A stretch of 64,000 nt of DNA from an uncultured Veillonella sp. (GTDB lineage: Bacteria > Bacillota > Negativicutes > Veillonellales > Veillonellaceae), in assembly GCA_915066865.1 (NCBI GenBank), contig CAJZEE010000001.1, positions 835 to 64,834 of the forward strand, read 5' to 3'. The position numbers were made by a program, and so were the translations under genes. Under the pieces are notes generated by a model. It was not told the DNA's origin and did no database searches. It saw only the letters and a program-made list of their open reading frames with translations. This document shows positions 40,995 through 51,506 of this stretch, one piece after another (within the stretch, counting starts at the first letter, position 1; each line of letters begins with the position of its first letter).

Positions 40995-41642
40995 ATGGTA
41001 TCCATAACATTTCAACCTACAACTGAAGATATAATCCTATTCGTAGGCGGCGGAGAAGTAGCGGAACGACGGATGCAGCTTTTTATTGAGGAGCCTTGCC
41101 AAATTGTCGTTATCGCTCCTGCTGTAACGGATACGATTAGCCAATGGGCAAAGGAAAATCGCATCACTTGGTGTGATCGGGCTTTCACAATGGACGACGA
41201 AGAGCATATTATTTCGAGTAGTTTGCTGTTTATCTGCACAGATAATCATGAACTAAACGATACCTTGTATGAGCTAGGAAAAAAACATCGTGTGTGGACC
41301 AACCGCAGTGATGATCCGAGCGCGTGTAGATTTACTGTGCCGTCATCCCTTGAACTCGGCGATCTTCATATTGCTATTAGTGCCAATAATGTAGGACCTC
41401 GTATCAATCGTCTCGTACGACAAGATATGATGAATCGTTATGGTCAGTTGCAAAAGGCTATGCCTAGACTTAAAATATTTAGAGAAGAAGTAAAGTTACT
41501 ACTTCCTACTCCAGAGGCTCGACAGAAATTTTGGCGAGACAATCTGACGGTAGAAACATTTGAAGCCATTCTCAAGGGAGAGTGGATGATTATAGAGGAG
41601 AAACTAAACTATGCAATTAGTGGTATTAGGTCTAAATCATAG
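40995..41642 (+). CDS. sirC: Precorrin-2 dehydrogenase / sirohydrochlorin ferrochelatase (SirC/CysG N-terminal-like)
   Basis: 215 aa. N-terminal Rossmann VGGGEVAERR. First gene of the hem operon. Confidence 0.7.
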   Translation: MVSITFQPTTEDIILFVGGGEVAERRMQLFIEEPCQIVVIAPAVTDTISQWAKENRITWCDRAFTMDDEEHIISSSLLFICTDNHELNDTLYELGKKHRVWTNRSDDPSACRFTVPSSLELGDLHIAISANNVGPRINRLVRQDMMNRYGQLQKAMPRLKIFREEVKLLLPTPEARQKFWRDNLTVETFEAILKGEWMIIEEKLNYAISGIRSKS

Positions 41643-42882
41643 AAGTGCCGCTGTAGAGGTGCGTGAACGTTTCTCGTTTGATAAAGACGAGGTAGTTGCC
41701 GCACTAAATCGCCTCTATGAATTTGACTGTATCTCAGAATGCGTTATATTATCCACCTGTAATAGAACGGAAATTTATGCTGCTTTAGAAGGTGTAGAAT
41801 TCCCGAAGGATTACATGTTGGCAGTGTTAAAAGATTTAAAAGGAGCAGATCATATCGATGCAGATGCATTCTTCTTCTACGAAGAACGAGATTGTATTGA
41901 GCATCTATTCCGTGTTTCTGCTAGTCTTGATTCCCTTGTGTTGGGGGAAGGCCAAATCTTGAGCCAATTAAAAGGGGCTTATATTCAGGCTTATAGCGCA
42001 GGCTGTACGGGAACAATTTTTAATATTTTATTCCAACGGGCTATTAGCGTTGGTAAGAAGGTACGTACTAATACGGGCATTGCTAATACGCCTGTATCTA
42101 TTAGTTACACGGCGGTCAATCTTGCGGAGGACAGTTTAGATAAGCCATTATCCGAAGCTACAGTACTTATTTTGGGTGCTGGTACGATGAGTGAATTGAC
42201 AGCTACTCATTTACAAGCGAAGGGTGTAAAAACGATTTTCGTATCTAATAGAACCTTTGCTAAGGCTGAAATGTTAGCGGAACGCTTTAATGGTAAAGCT
42301 GTTAAGCTCGATAACTTTGTAGAGTATGCTAAAGATGCGGATATTCTTATTACATCTACAGGGGCACCGCATTATATTATTACTGAAAAAGAAGCGAAGA
42401 AAATTACGACTCTTCGTAAGGGTGAACCAATCGTTATGATCGATATTGCGGTACCTCGTGATATCGACCCTGCGGTGGCAGATTTGGACGGTATTTATCT
42501 ATTTAATATTGATTCTCTTGAAAGTGTAGTAGAAGAAAACAAGGCACAACGAGAAGAGGAAGCTCGTCGTGCAGAACCTATTATTCACGATGCTATTGAA
42601 GAGTTATTGGATAAATTAAGCTATTTAACAGTGCGTCCGATGATGGCATTGCTTACAGAAAAAGCGGAGCGTATTCGCCGTCGTGAATTACATCGCGCAT
42701 TAGCTAAATTGCCAGATATTTCCGATAAAGAGCGCCGTGTTATGGACTCGATGAGTCGCATGATCATTCGCAAAATGTTGCGTGAACCGATGATTCACTT
42801 CAACGAAATCGCTGGTACAGAGGAAGAGGGCTTGTACTGGGATTTATTCAAAGATATGTTTAATCTTGAGAAAGAAGGCTAA
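41611..42882 (+). CDS. hemA: Glutamyl-tRNA reductase
   Basis: 423 aa. VVGLNH N-terminus, catalytic Cys in the STCNRTE motif, NADPH-binding GAGTM(S) motif. Confidence 0.9.
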   Translation: MQLVVLGLNHRSAAVEVRERFSFDKDEVVAALNRLYEFDCISECVILSTCNRTEIYAALEGVEFPKDYMLAVLKDLKGADHIDADAFFFYEERDCIEHLFRVSASLDSLVLGEGQILSQLKGAYIQAYSAGCTGTIFNILFQRAISVGKKVRTNTGIANTPVSISYTAVNLAEDSLDKPLSEATVLILGAGTMSELTATHLQAKGVKTIFVSNRTFAKAEMLAERFNGKAVKLDNFVEYAKDADILITSTGAPHYIITEKEAKKITTLRKGEPIVMIDIAVPRDIDPAVADLDGIYLFNIDSLESVVEENKAQREEEARRAEPIIHDAIEELLDKLSYLTVRPMMALLTEKAERIRRRELHRALAKLPDISDKERRVMDSMSRMIIRKMLREPMIHFNEIAGTEEEGLYWDLFKDMFNLEKEG

Positions 42883-42886
42883 TGCC

Positions 42887-43825
42887 ATGAGAGATCATAT
42901 TCGAATCGGCACGCGAAAAAGTGCCCTTGCCCTGTGGCAGGCTGAACATATTAGTGCAGAATTACAACGTCTGTACCCAAATATTACGGTAGAGTTGGTT
43001 CACTTTAATACAAAAGGTGACCGTATCTTAGAGAAACCACTGGCTCAAGTTGGTGGTAAAGGTTTATTTACCGCTGAATTAGAAGCGGCTATGCATAAAG
43101 GCGATATCGATATTGCCGTACATAGCTTAAAGGACATGCCTACAGAGTTACCAGAAGGCCTCACTCTTGGGGCTATTTCTGCTCGTGAAGTGCCTTATGA
43201 TGCGCTGGTGAGCCCTGTGTATAAAACACTAGATAAATTGCCACAAGGGGCTCGCGTTGGTACCAGTAGCTTGCGCCGTCAAGCTCAATTGCTACACGTT
43301 CGCCCTGACCTAAAGGTAGAGGTTATTCGCGGTAATGTACAGACTCGTTTGAGCAAGATTGAAACGGAAAAGCTAGATGGTGTTATCTTGGCTCAAGCAG
43401 GGCTTAAACGATTAGGTTTAGAAGACCAAATCACACAAGTCTTCAAGGCTGATGAAATGATTCCTGCCGTTGGACAAGGGGCGCTCGCTATTGAGTGTCG
43501 CGCTGACGATGCAGAGATGCTTGATATGTTGGCTCCTATCAACGATGAAGCAACGCGCTATGCCGTTGAAGGGGAACGCAGTTTCTTGCGTCAACTAAAC
43601 GGAGGTTGCCAAGTGCCAATGGGCGTACATGGTATCATAAATAAAGGACAATTAACCTTGAAAGCCATGATTGCATCCCTCGATGGAAAAACTGTGTACG
43701 AAGGGGAAATCTCTGGCCCTGCTAAAAAAGGTGAAATTCTTGGGAAAAACCTTGCAAAAGCTTTATACGAAGAAGGGGGCAAACGTATTGTGGATGCTCT
43801 CATAGAGGAAGGAATCATAAAATGA
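42887..43825 (+). CDS. hemC: Hydroxymethylbilane synthase (porphobilinogen deaminase)
   Basis: About 312 aa from MRDHIRIGTRKSALALWQA. Dipyrromethane cofactor Cys region (GGCQVP). Confidence 0.9.
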   Translation: MRDHIRIGTRKSALALWQAEHISAELQRLYPNITVELVHFNTKGDRILEKPLAQVGGKGLFTAELEAAMHKGDIDIAVHSLKDMPTELPEGLTLGAISAREVPYDALVSPVYKTLDKLPQGARVGTSSLRRQAQLLHVRPDLKVEVIRGNVQTRLSKIETEKLDGVILAQAGLKRLGLEDQITQVFKADEMIPAVGQGALAIECRADDAEMLDMLAPINDEATRYAVEGERSFLRQLNGGCQVPMGVHGIINKGQLTLKAMIASLDGKTVYEGEISGPAKKGEILGKNLAKALYEEGGKRIVDALIEEGIIK

Positions 43826-45330
43826 CAGGTATGGTATATCTAATTGGTGCGGGCCCTGGCGATGTTAAACTTATCACTGTAAAAGGTCGTGAATGCATCG
43901 AAAAAGCAGATGTAATTGTATATGATTATTTAGCAGATGCTCATCTGTTAGAATGGGCACGTCCAGATGCTGAACTGATTTACGCTGGTAAGCAATGTAA
44001 AGATCACACAATGCACCAATGGGAAATCAATGAGCTTTTAGTCCAAAAGGGTAAAGAAGGCAAAATTGTAGCGCGATTAAAAGGCGGTGATCCGCTCGTA
44101 TTTGGTCGTGGTGGTGAAGAAGCGATGGCTCTTGGCGAAGCCGGTGTACCATTTGAATTCGTGCCAGGTGTAACATCTCCTATCGCAGCGCCTGCTTATG
44201 CAGGGATTCCTGTAACACAACGCGCTATGGCCACATCCTTTGCGGTTGTAACAGGTCATGAGGATCCTACAAAAGCAGTATCCGGTATCCATTGGGAAGG
44301 ACTTGCTACGGCGGTAGATACACTTTGCTTTGTAATGGGTGTCGGCAACTTGCCTGTCATTGCCGAAAAGCTGATGGCCCATGGCCGGGCAGCCTCTACA
44401 CCAGTAGCACTTGTTCGGTGGGGAACAAAACCAGTACAAGAGGTATTGGTTTCTACCCTTGAACATGTCGTTGAAGATGTAGCAAAGGCTAAATTGAAAG
44501 CACCAGCTATCATCGTAGTAGGTGATGTAGTCAACCTTCGTGAAAAATTACAATGGTTCGATAATAAACCTTTATTCGGGAAAACTGTTGTGGTCACACG
44601 CGCTCGCTCCCAAGCAAGTGCATTCCGCGAAAAATTAGCGGCTCAAGGCGCAAATGTAGTGGAAGCAGCGGCAATCAAAACATCTCCATTGGAATTATTT
44701 GATGAAGATAAACGTATCATCAATAATACAAAACAATACCAATGCATCGTATTCACATCTGGTGAAGGGGTTCGCTACTTCTTCGATGCTCTTTATAAAG
44801 AAGGCAAAGATACACGTGCGTTAGGCAATTCTAAGGTGGCAGCTATCGGCTGTGCTACGGCTCGTGAACTCCATAAATATGGCATCGTACCAGATATCAT
44901 TCCTGTAGATTACAAGGCAGAATCTGCTGTGGAGGCTCTTGAAGAAGAACTCAATGCAGGGGATTCTGTATTGTTGATTCAACCAAAGGTAGCACGCGAT
45001 GTGATCCCACGCTGCTTGCGTCATCGCGATATGGATGTAGATATTTTGCGTTTATACGAAACAACACAAGATACCTCTCAACAAGACGCATTAATAACAG
45101 CTTTAACAGAAGGCACAGTAGATTACATTACCTTCACAAGTTCTTCTACTGTAACAAATACAATCCAATTATTGGGCGATAATGCACTAGAGCTATTAGG
45201 CAATACTAAAGTGGCTTGTATCGGTCCAATTACAGCTGCTACGGCTATGAGTGCAGGTCTTAAACCGGCTATCATCAGTGATGTATATACAACTGATGGC
45301 TTAGTAAACGCTATTGTAAAAGATATTTAG
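43822..45330 (+). CDS. cobA-hemD: Fused uroporphyrinogen-III C-methyltransferase / uroporphyrinogen-III synthase
   Basis: 502 aa. N-terminal SUMT motifs (YLIGAGPGD, VVRLKGGDP). C-terminal HemD domain. Confidence 0.85.
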   Translation: MTGMVYLIGAGPGDVKLITVKGRECIEKADVIVYDYLADAHLLEWARPDAELIYAGKQCKDHTMHQWEINELLVQKGKEGKIVARLKGGDPLVFGRGGEEAMALGEAGVPFEFVPGVTSPIAAPAYAGIPVTQRAMATSFAVVTGHEDPTKAVSGIHWEGLATAVDTLCFVMGVGNLPVIAEKLMAHGRAASTPVALVRWGTKPVQEVLVSTLEHVVEDVAKAKLKAPAIIVVGDVVNLREKLQWFDNKPLFGKTVVVTRARSQASAFREKLAAQGANVVEAAAIKTSPLELFDEDKRIINNTKQYQCIVFTSGEGVRYFFDALYKEGKDTRALGNSKVAAIGCATARELHKYGIVPDIIPVDYKAESAVEALEEELNAGDSVLLIQPKVARDVIPRCLRHRDMDVDILRLYETTQDTSQQDALITALTEGTVDYITFTSSSTVTNTIQLLGDNALELLGNTKVACIGPITAATAMSAGLKPAIISDVYTTDGLVNAIVKDI

Positions 45331-45339
45331 GAGGATTAC

Positions 45340-46314
45340 ATGTACGATTTAACATACCGTCCTCGCCGCTTGCGTATCAATCCAGAAATGCGAGATTTGG
45401 TACGCGAAACGACACTCGACGTAACTGATTTGATTTATCCATTATTTATTGTGCCTGGTGAAGGTATCAAAAAAGAAATCGACACATTGCCAGGTCAATA
45501 TCACTTGTCTGTTGATGAAGCTGTGAAAGTAGCCCAAGAGGCCTATGATCTTGGTGTGCGTGGTGTAGAAATCTTTGGTATTCCTACATACAAGGACGAA
45601 AAAGGTTCCTCTGCATGGGATATGTCCCAACCAGTACAACAAGCCATTAAAGCCATCCGTGCAGCTGTACCAAATCTATTGGTCGTAGCTGATGTGTGCT
45701 TGTGCCAATATACTACGACAGGGCATTGTGGCATGATTGATGACCATGAAATCTTGAACGATGAAACATTGCCATTACTTTGTAAAGTAGCGGTGAGCCA
45801 AGCGGAAGCAGGTGCACATATGGTGGCTCCATCCGACATGATGGACGGCCGTGTAGGTGCTATTCGTGAAGCCCTTGATGCGGCTGGTTATACCAATGTA
45901 TCTATCATGAGCTATGCGGCAAAATACGCATCTGCATACTATGGTCCGTTCCGCGGTGCTGTTAATTCTGCGCCAAAATTTGGTGACCGTAAATCTTATC
46001 AAATGGATCCAGCCAATCGCTTGGAAGCTTTCAGAGAAATTGAACTCGACATCGCTGAAGGTGCGGATATTATCATGATTAAACCGGCATTATCCTATTT
46101 GGACATTGTTCGTGAAACACGCGACCGCTATGAATTGCCGGTTGCGGTATACAATGTATCCGGCGAATATGCGATGGTTAAATCCGCCGCAGCGGCTGGT
46201 CTTATCGACGAAGAACGCCTCGTTATGGAAACAATGCTTTCCATGAAGCGTGCTGGTGCTAAAATCATCATTACGTACCATGCCTTAGATATTGCTAAAT
46301 GGTTACAACAATAA
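45340..46314 (+). CDS. hemB: Porphobilinogen synthase (delta-aminolevulinic acid dehydratase)
   Basis: 324 aa. Zinc-binding DVCLCQYTTTGHCG cysteine triad and active-site Lys region. Confidence 0.9.
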   Translation: MYDLTYRPRRLRINPEMRDLVRETTLDVTDLIYPLFIVPGEGIKKEIDTLPGQYHLSVDEAVKVAQEAYDLGVRGVEIFGIPTYKDEKGSSAWDMSQPVQQAIKAIRAAVPNLLVVADVCLCQYTTTGHCGMIDDHEILNDETLPLLCKVAVSQAEAGAHMVAPSDMMDGRVGAIREALDAAGYTNVSIMSYAAKYASAYYGPFRGAVNSAPKFGDRKSYQMDPANRLEAFREIELDIAEGADIIMIKPALSYLDIVRETRDRYELPVAVYNVSGEYAMVKSAAAAGLIDEERLVMETMLSMKRAGAKIIITYHALDIAKWLQQ

Positions 46315-46323
46315 GGAGGAACT

Positions 46324-47628
46324 ATGTTCCAACTCGGTAAATCTGAAAAGGCCTTTAACGAGGCTAAACGTTATATGCCTGGCGGCGTAAATAGTCCTGT
46401 TCGTTCCTATCGCAGCGTAGGATCCAACCCTCCGTTTATCAGCAGTGCCAGTGGTAGCCGTATTTATGACATCGATAATAACGAATACATCGACTATGTA
46501 TTGAGCTGGGGTCCTATGATCTTGGGCCATGCGAACCCAGAGGTTATCGCGAGCCTACAAGAGGCTATTCCTCGCGGTACTAGCTATGGTGCGCCTACAT
46601 TACTAGAAACAGAATTGGCTAAAAAGATACAAGCCTTCATGCCATCCATGGAGGTTATCCGCCTCGTAAACTCTGGTACAGAGGCTACCATGAGTGCCTT
46701 GCGCGTTGCTCGTGGCTATACTGGTCGTGATCGCATCGTAAAATTTGTAGGCTGTTACCATGGTCATAGCGATGCGCTATTGGTGAAAGCCGGATCTGGC
46801 CTTGCTACCTTTGGCGTACCGGATAGCCCTGGTGTTCCCCAAGGCGTAGCTGAAAATACCATAACATTGCCGTACAATGATTCTGAAGCGGTTCGTAAAT
46901 TATTCGACGATATGGGCGATACCATTGCGGCTATCATAGTTGAACCTGTAGCTGGTAACATGGGCTGCGTACCTCCAGTACCAGGTTTCCTCGAAACCTT
47001 GCGAGAAGTAACTAAGGCTCACGGTGCAATACTGATCTTTGACGAAGTTATGTGTGGCTTCCGCGCTAGCAGCGGTGGTGCTCAAAAACGTTACAACATT
47101 AAACCAGACCTTACATGCCTTGGTAAAATCGTTGGCGGCGGCATGCCACTCGCTGTATTCGGTGGCTCTCGTGAGATTATGAACCAAATTGCTCCAGCTG
47201 GTCCTATTTATCAAGCTGGTACATTGAGTGGTAACCCCATTGCCGTTACCTCTGGTTTGGCAACGCTTTCCATTCTGCAACGGGATCCAACGGTGTTTAA
47301 ACAAGTAGAAGATACGACGATTGCCCTTTGCGAAGGCTTTGAAAGATTGGCGGCACAATACAATGTGCCTGTTGTAGTACAACGAGTAGGCTCCATGTTC
47401 ACCATCTTTTTCACTGACAAACCGGTTAAGAACTTTGAAGATGCTTCAGCTTGCAACGAAGAACAATTTAAAATGTTCTTCCACCATAACTTGAGCCATG
47501 GTATTTACTATGCGCCAAGTCCTTATGAAAGTAATTTCGTATCTATCTGCCATAAGAGCAGTGAAGTGGAACGCACATTAGCCGTTGCTGATGAAGCTTT
47601 CAAAAAAATCAGTGATACATTATTATAA
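46324..47628 (+). CDS. hemL: Glutamate-1-semialdehyde 2,1-aminomutase
   Basis: 434 aa. Class III aminotransferase with PLP-Lys in GKIVGGGMP. Confidence 0.9.
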   Translation: MFQLGKSEKAFNEAKRYMPGGVNSPVRSYRSVGSNPPFISSASGSRIYDIDNNEYIDYVLSWGPMILGHANPEVIASLQEAIPRGTSYGAPTLLETELAKKIQAFMPSMEVIRLVNSGTEATMSALRVARGYTGRDRIVKFVGCYHGHSDALLVKAGSGLATFGVPDSPGVPQGVAENTITLPYNDSEAVRKLFDDMGDTIAAIIVEPVAGNMGCVPPVPGFLETLREVTKAHGAILIFDEVMCGFRASSGGAQKRYNIKPDLTCLGKIVGGGMPLAVFGGSREIMNQIAPAGPIYQAGTLSGNPIAVTSGLATLSILQRDPTVFKQVEDTTIALCEGFERLAAQYNVPVVVQRVGSMFTIFFTDKPVKNFEDASACNEEQFKMFFHHNLSHGIYYAPSPYESNFVSICHKSSEVERTLAVADEAFKKISDTLL

Positions 47629-47665
47629 AAGTATATAGTTTGTAGTTGTTTATGTATCGATACAG

Positions 47666-48136
47666 GTGATGAACATGCAGTTTTACAAGAACTTAAAGCG
47701 TGCTCGCGTGCGCATGGGCAAAAGCCAAATCGAAGTAGCAAAGGCCGTAGGTATCAGTAATGCGGCGCTTTCAAATTACGAAACAGGGTATCGCGAACCA
47801 GATTTAGATACACTCTGTGCCCTGTCTCGCTATTATGGATTGACCTTGGATGAGCTGTTGGATGTAAATGGAGAAGAACACGAGCCCATCTATGATCTCA
47901 GTCCTGTACTAAAAAATAAATACATCGCCTATAAAGGTGATGTATTCGAGTTAAAAGACTCACAAAAACGTGCGCTCTTGCGCGAGCTAGATAATCTATT
48001 TACTAAATTTGAGAAATCAAAAGTAGAAGATAAAAGTAGCAAGCCAAAGACGTACAAACATGGGAACCCTCATATCAATCGAGCGGGCCTAGCTAGCAGC
48101 GCTGGTAGCTTAGCGGCACGACGAAATATAAAGTAG
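47666..48136 (+). CDS. XRE-family (Cro/C1-type) HTH transcriptional regulator
   Basis: 156 aa (GTG at 47666; alternative ATG at 47675 with RBS aggtga). HTH QIEVAKAVGISNAALSNYETGYREPDLDTL. First gene of the AT-rich island. Confidence 0.75.
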   Translation: MMNMQFYKNLKRARVRMGKSQIEVAKAVGISNAALSNYETGYREPDLDTLCALSRYYGLTLDELLDVNGEEHEPIYDLSPVLKNKYIAYKGDVFELKDSQKRALLRELDNLFTKFEKSKVEDKSSKPKTYKHGNPHINRAGLASSAGSLAARRNIK

Positions 48137-48208
48137 TTTAATATACTAACATTGTAGATTGAGTGAGACATGTTTATTTGAACAATTTAATTAACTTAAT
48201 TATAAAAA

Positions 48209-48271
48209 GTACCATCTATTTGGGGAGCTAAACGACACATAAGTCGTCCCTTGATAGATGGTGCTTTTTTT
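48209..48271 (+). terminator. Strong intrinsic terminator after the XRE regulator gene
   Basis: Long hairpin accatctatttgggga...tcccttgatagatggt followed by GCTTTTTTT. Confidence 0.7.
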
Positions 48272-48372
48272 GCCGTATATAACAAAATATTCGTTGGTGG
48301 TATATGCTAGTTTAACATATAATTAAATTATAGAAGAGGAATAAATATTTACTAGTCTCATAGGAGAAAGTT

Positions 48373-48753
48373 ATGATAGTAGTATTTGCAGGATTTTTAG
48401 CATTTTTATTTTGTCTGTATTTCATTAAAAATCCATACTTCACATTACAGCATATTAAAATTAAACGCTCAAAATCTTTGTTAATTACAGAGCTGCTTTT
48501 AGGTGTGATAATTTTCTTATATATTATTTTTGCAGGGTATTCTAGACTAGTGCGGTTTTTGTTAGAATTGACATCTGTAATTCTGTTTTTATTAGAAATG
48601 TGGTTAAGAGTTCCTGCTATTGAATCGGATTTTAGTTTATCACCTGACGTGAAAGCAATGCTCAATAAAAAAGCTAAAAAAGATTTTTACTCTATATTGC
48701 CAATATTTTTTATAGCAACATGTATGTTTGTATTTAATTTCATCAAGATTTAA
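48373..48753 (+). CDS. Small polytopic membrane protein (4 predicted TM helices), unknown function
   Basis: 126 aa, very hydrophobic. RBS taggagaaag. AT-rich. Confidence 0.55.
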   Translation: MIVVFAGFLAFLFCLYFIKNPYFTLQHIKIKRSKSLLITELLLGVIIFLYIIFAGYSRLVRFLLELTSVILFLLEMWLRVPAIESDFSLSPDVKAMLNKKAKKDFYSILPIFFIATCMFVFNFIKI

Positions 48754-48798
48754 ATAGATTTAATTTAATTGGAAAAGTGTAGATTAATAGGAACAACC

Positions 48799-49081
48799 AT
48801 GAATACATATATTAATAAAATAAGAGATATATTGGTGGAGTGTACGCCTAAATATTGGTATAAGATTTATTTGTTTTTTGAATGTACAGAATCAGGTATG
48901 AGTTCGGCTTGTTATTATGTAAAAACCCCGGCTGGTTCAATCATTAGTTATGGAGATTTGCTATATAATTGCAGTGATGAAAAAGTAAAATCTATAAAAG
49001 CTGGGACTAGGGACTAGTGAGATTTTAACGTATGTACGTTTACTTCATGAAGCCTCTACAGAACAATGGACGTGGGGAACA
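48799..49081 (+). pseudogene. DUF600/EsaG/YezG-like immunity protein module, interrupted (adjacent stop codons or frameshift)
   Basis: ORF MNTYINKIRDILVECTPKYWYKIYLFFECTESGMSSACYYVKTPAG... (RBS agga before the ATG at 48799) matches the N-terminal half of DUF600-type proteins (IP.eW.KIY...FYY.K). It stops at TAG, which I read as immediately followed by TGA. The downstream sequence continues with the expected C-terminal half (...EQWTWGTMYILRDDYE...) and runs into the next ORF. Confidence 0.45.
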
Positions 49082-49693
49082 ATGTATATTTTACGCGATG
49101 ATTATGAGCCACATTGTGAATTCCATAATGATTTTGTAACTGACGATTACTGGCTCCAAAATAGATATAAGTGGGTATATAAAAACTTTGGTGTTTTGGA
49201 AAATAAAGATGAATTTGATCCGGATGTATATAAAAAAATGCTAAAAGGTCCACGAGGTGTTTTATTATTGGAAGATATGGAGTCTCGTGTATTAGCAAAA
49301 AATTATACTGCTATTGATAAGGCGTTTAAGTTAAAGCATAAAAGCTTAGAATCAGAACTTGAGAAACATTATAATAAAGTGGCCAAAAGTATATACAAAT
49401 TAACGCCTTTAAATTGGCATCGTGCTAAATTACACTTTGATATGAATATTGATAATCTCTCTGTAGAGCTTTTAGTTTATAAAACTGAGGATGATTCATG
49501 TATTACAAAGTATATAGAAAATAATGATGAAGAGCCGGCTATTATTTCGGAGGTTATGTATGATTTAAAGAATGAAGTTTTAGCGATAATTGAGACTTTT
49601 AAATTCTATAATCAAAACCCATTCTCTGGTTTAGTATATACATTAACCTCTAATGGTGAGGTATCTTTAGAGCTAACTTATGAAGATAAATGA
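49082..49693 (+). CDS. DUF600/EsaG/YezG-like immunity protein (second module); N-terminal part is the tail of the disrupted upstream module
   Basis: 203 aa. Residues about 93-203 (KHYNKVAKSIYKLTPLNWHRAKLHFDMNID...NQNPFSGLVYTLTSNGEVSLELTYEDK) follow the DUF600 pattern (YN.IA..I...P..W.K.Y....ID ... GQEPWTS.F.L...G...IDYDYED). Family recalled from memory and not searched. Confidence 0.5.
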   Translation: MYILRDDYEPHCEFHNDFVTDDYWLQNRYKWVYKNFGVLENKDEFDPDVYKKMLKGPRGVLLLEDMESRVLAKNYTAIDKAFKLKHKSLESELEKHYNKVAKSIYKLTPLNWHRAKLHFDMNIDNLSVELLVYKTEDDSCITKYIENNDEEPAIISEVMYDLKNEVLAIIETFKFYNQNPFSGLVYTLTSNGEVSLELTYEDK

Positions 49694-49731
49694 TTTTAAG
49701 TTCGTTGATGGAATTGATTGGATGAGCTTTC

Positions 49732-50604
49732 ATGCAGATAGGAAAAAACTCAAAAAAATGGCTTGAGAGAATACTTCTTTCTTGTTTAATAGTAGTAGGT
49801 ATTATTTTTGGCGGTTGGCTTTTCTTTGCTACAAACTTTATGCACCCATTTATCCACTATTTGGATCTGAGGGGAGGTATAATATATTACAAAGAGCCAA
49901 CTAATATAATTGCTTCTAATGTTCTTGGTTTTGATGAAGTACGAGGGAAAATATATTATATAACTACAAATGGTATTGGTGTATATAATGAATTAAATAA
50001 CGAACATGTATTTATATTACATAAAGAGCCACCTAATGAAATTAGAATAGATGACATTACTAATGTATATCCGGAATTTAGTCGTTTCTCTGATGCGGAA
50101 CAGGAGGTTTGGAAAAGCAAATTTTATGCTGATTTTAGGCAAAGAATTCCTATAGAGGAAGGCAATATAATTAGATTTCCATTCTTTTTCTCTTACGAAA
50201 CCCGTGGGATTTATAATTTAGCTACAGGATCTAAATTATCGAAAATTGATACGTATAAAATTTCTAACAATATATTTTATAATGTTGATTTTGGTAGTAT
50301 TACAAAGATAGATTTAGAAACAGGTACTGTATGGAAGTACTATTCTAATAACTTATTAAATTATAATTTTCTTAATGAGACGATTTCTAGTAAATCAAAA
50401 GAGTTTATTATTAATGAATTAATCAAAGAACGAAATCATGATAAACAATTGAAAGATAAAATTATAGCTATAGATCATTATAGTCAATTTAGTAAAGAGG
50501 ATAAGGAGGTTATAGAAGAATTATTTGTTAAGTTAGTCACTGCACGAGAGAGTATGAGCTTAAAACCAGAACATAAAATGGGGTTAGAAAACTATTTAGA
50601 GTGA
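49732..50604 (+). CDS. Membrane-anchored hypothetical protein (N-terminal TM helix, extracytoplasmic domain)
   Basis: 290 aa. One N-terminal TM segment (LLSCLIVVGIIFGGWLFFATNF), Tyr/Asn/Ile-rich soluble domain, AT-rich. Confidence 0.5.
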   Translation: MQIGKNSKKWLERILLSCLIVVGIIFGGWLFFATNFMHPFIHYLDLRGGIIYYKEPTNIIASNVLGFDEVRGKIYYITTNGIGVYNELNNEHVFILHKEPPNEIRIDDITNVYPEFSRFSDAEQEVWKSKFYADFRQRIPIEEGNIIRFPFFFSYETRGIYNLATGSKLSKIDTYKISNNIFYNVDFGSITKIDLETGTVWKYYSNNLLNYNFLNETISSKSKEFIINELIKERNHDKQLKDKIIAIDHYSQFSKEDKEVIEELFVKLVTARESMSLKPEHKMGLENYLE

Positions 50605-50741
50605 TTAACTTTTCAATGTATTCATACTTAGTTGGGGAGTCTGGCTAAAGAATATATATTATTTATTACTATAAATAAAAAGGGTTAATGATAAACCAGT
50701 AAATCAAAAGCTAAAATAATATAGTGGGTAGAGGTATAATT

Positions 50742-51506
50742 ATGATTTATTTTAAAAATAAAAAAAGCTTAGATACATTTTTAATGGTCTTTATATTGGG
50801 TGCTGTTAAGGCATATAGACGAAATTATATTGATTTGACCATTCTAGAATATTACATATTTAGTATGTTAATTCGATTAATGTGTAGAAAAGCACATCTG
50901 TCCGATAAATTGTTAAATATTATTGGAGATGGGATGAGTTTAGAGGATGTTGATGAGTGGATGGCTCGTAGGATTCCTATACCACCATTAAATGATATGT
51001 TAGATGATATTGAATGCAGTAGTTGGATTGCTTTAATAGAACGGGAGTTAGAGGGTAATACTTTATCTGAAGCGTTAAAGATTTCTACACATGATGAAAA
51101 GAAGTTCGGTATCTATTTCTTTACCGATTATGTAGAGGAGATATTTTGGGCGTTGTTTTTGTTAGGATTGTATGAAGTCTTACAAAAACCTGAATTCATT
51201 TCTGAATCAATCTTAAGTTGTATTAAACAGACCTATTTGTCTGAAATATATACGTGTGAACGTATTCAGAATGAAGATTTTCAAGCATGTATTTCCAATT
51301 TACAGGAGATAGTTGATACTAATATATCCGGGCAATTAAGTAAAGAATTAATTACTATGAAAGCAAAATTAGCATCATTACAGGTATTATTACCATTTTA
51401 TGATGTGAGTTTTGATAAGTTAAAAACAGACATTGATTTAAAAGCTACTAGAGGGATGTTCTGGCAAATTAAAGTTTTAGGGAAGTTTATAGACTTGGGA
51501 TTATAG
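50742..51506 (+). CDS. Hypothetical all-alpha protein, possible immunity-type protein
   Basis: About 255 aa from MIYFKNKK (RBS agaggt). Track ORF starts at 50724. No recognisable motifs. Confidence 0.45.
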   Translation: MIYFKNKKSLDTFLMVFILGAVKAYRRNYIDLTILEYYIFSMLIRLMCRKAHLSDKLLNIIGDGMSLEDVDEWMARRIPIPPLNDMLDDIECSSWIALIERELEGNTLSEALKISTHDEKKFGIYFFTDYVEEIFWALFLLGLYEVLQKPEFISESILSCIKQTYLSEIYTCERIQNEDFQACISNLQEIVDTNISGQLSKELITMKAKLASLQVLLPFYDVSFDKLKTDIDLKATRGMFWQIKVLGKFIDLGL

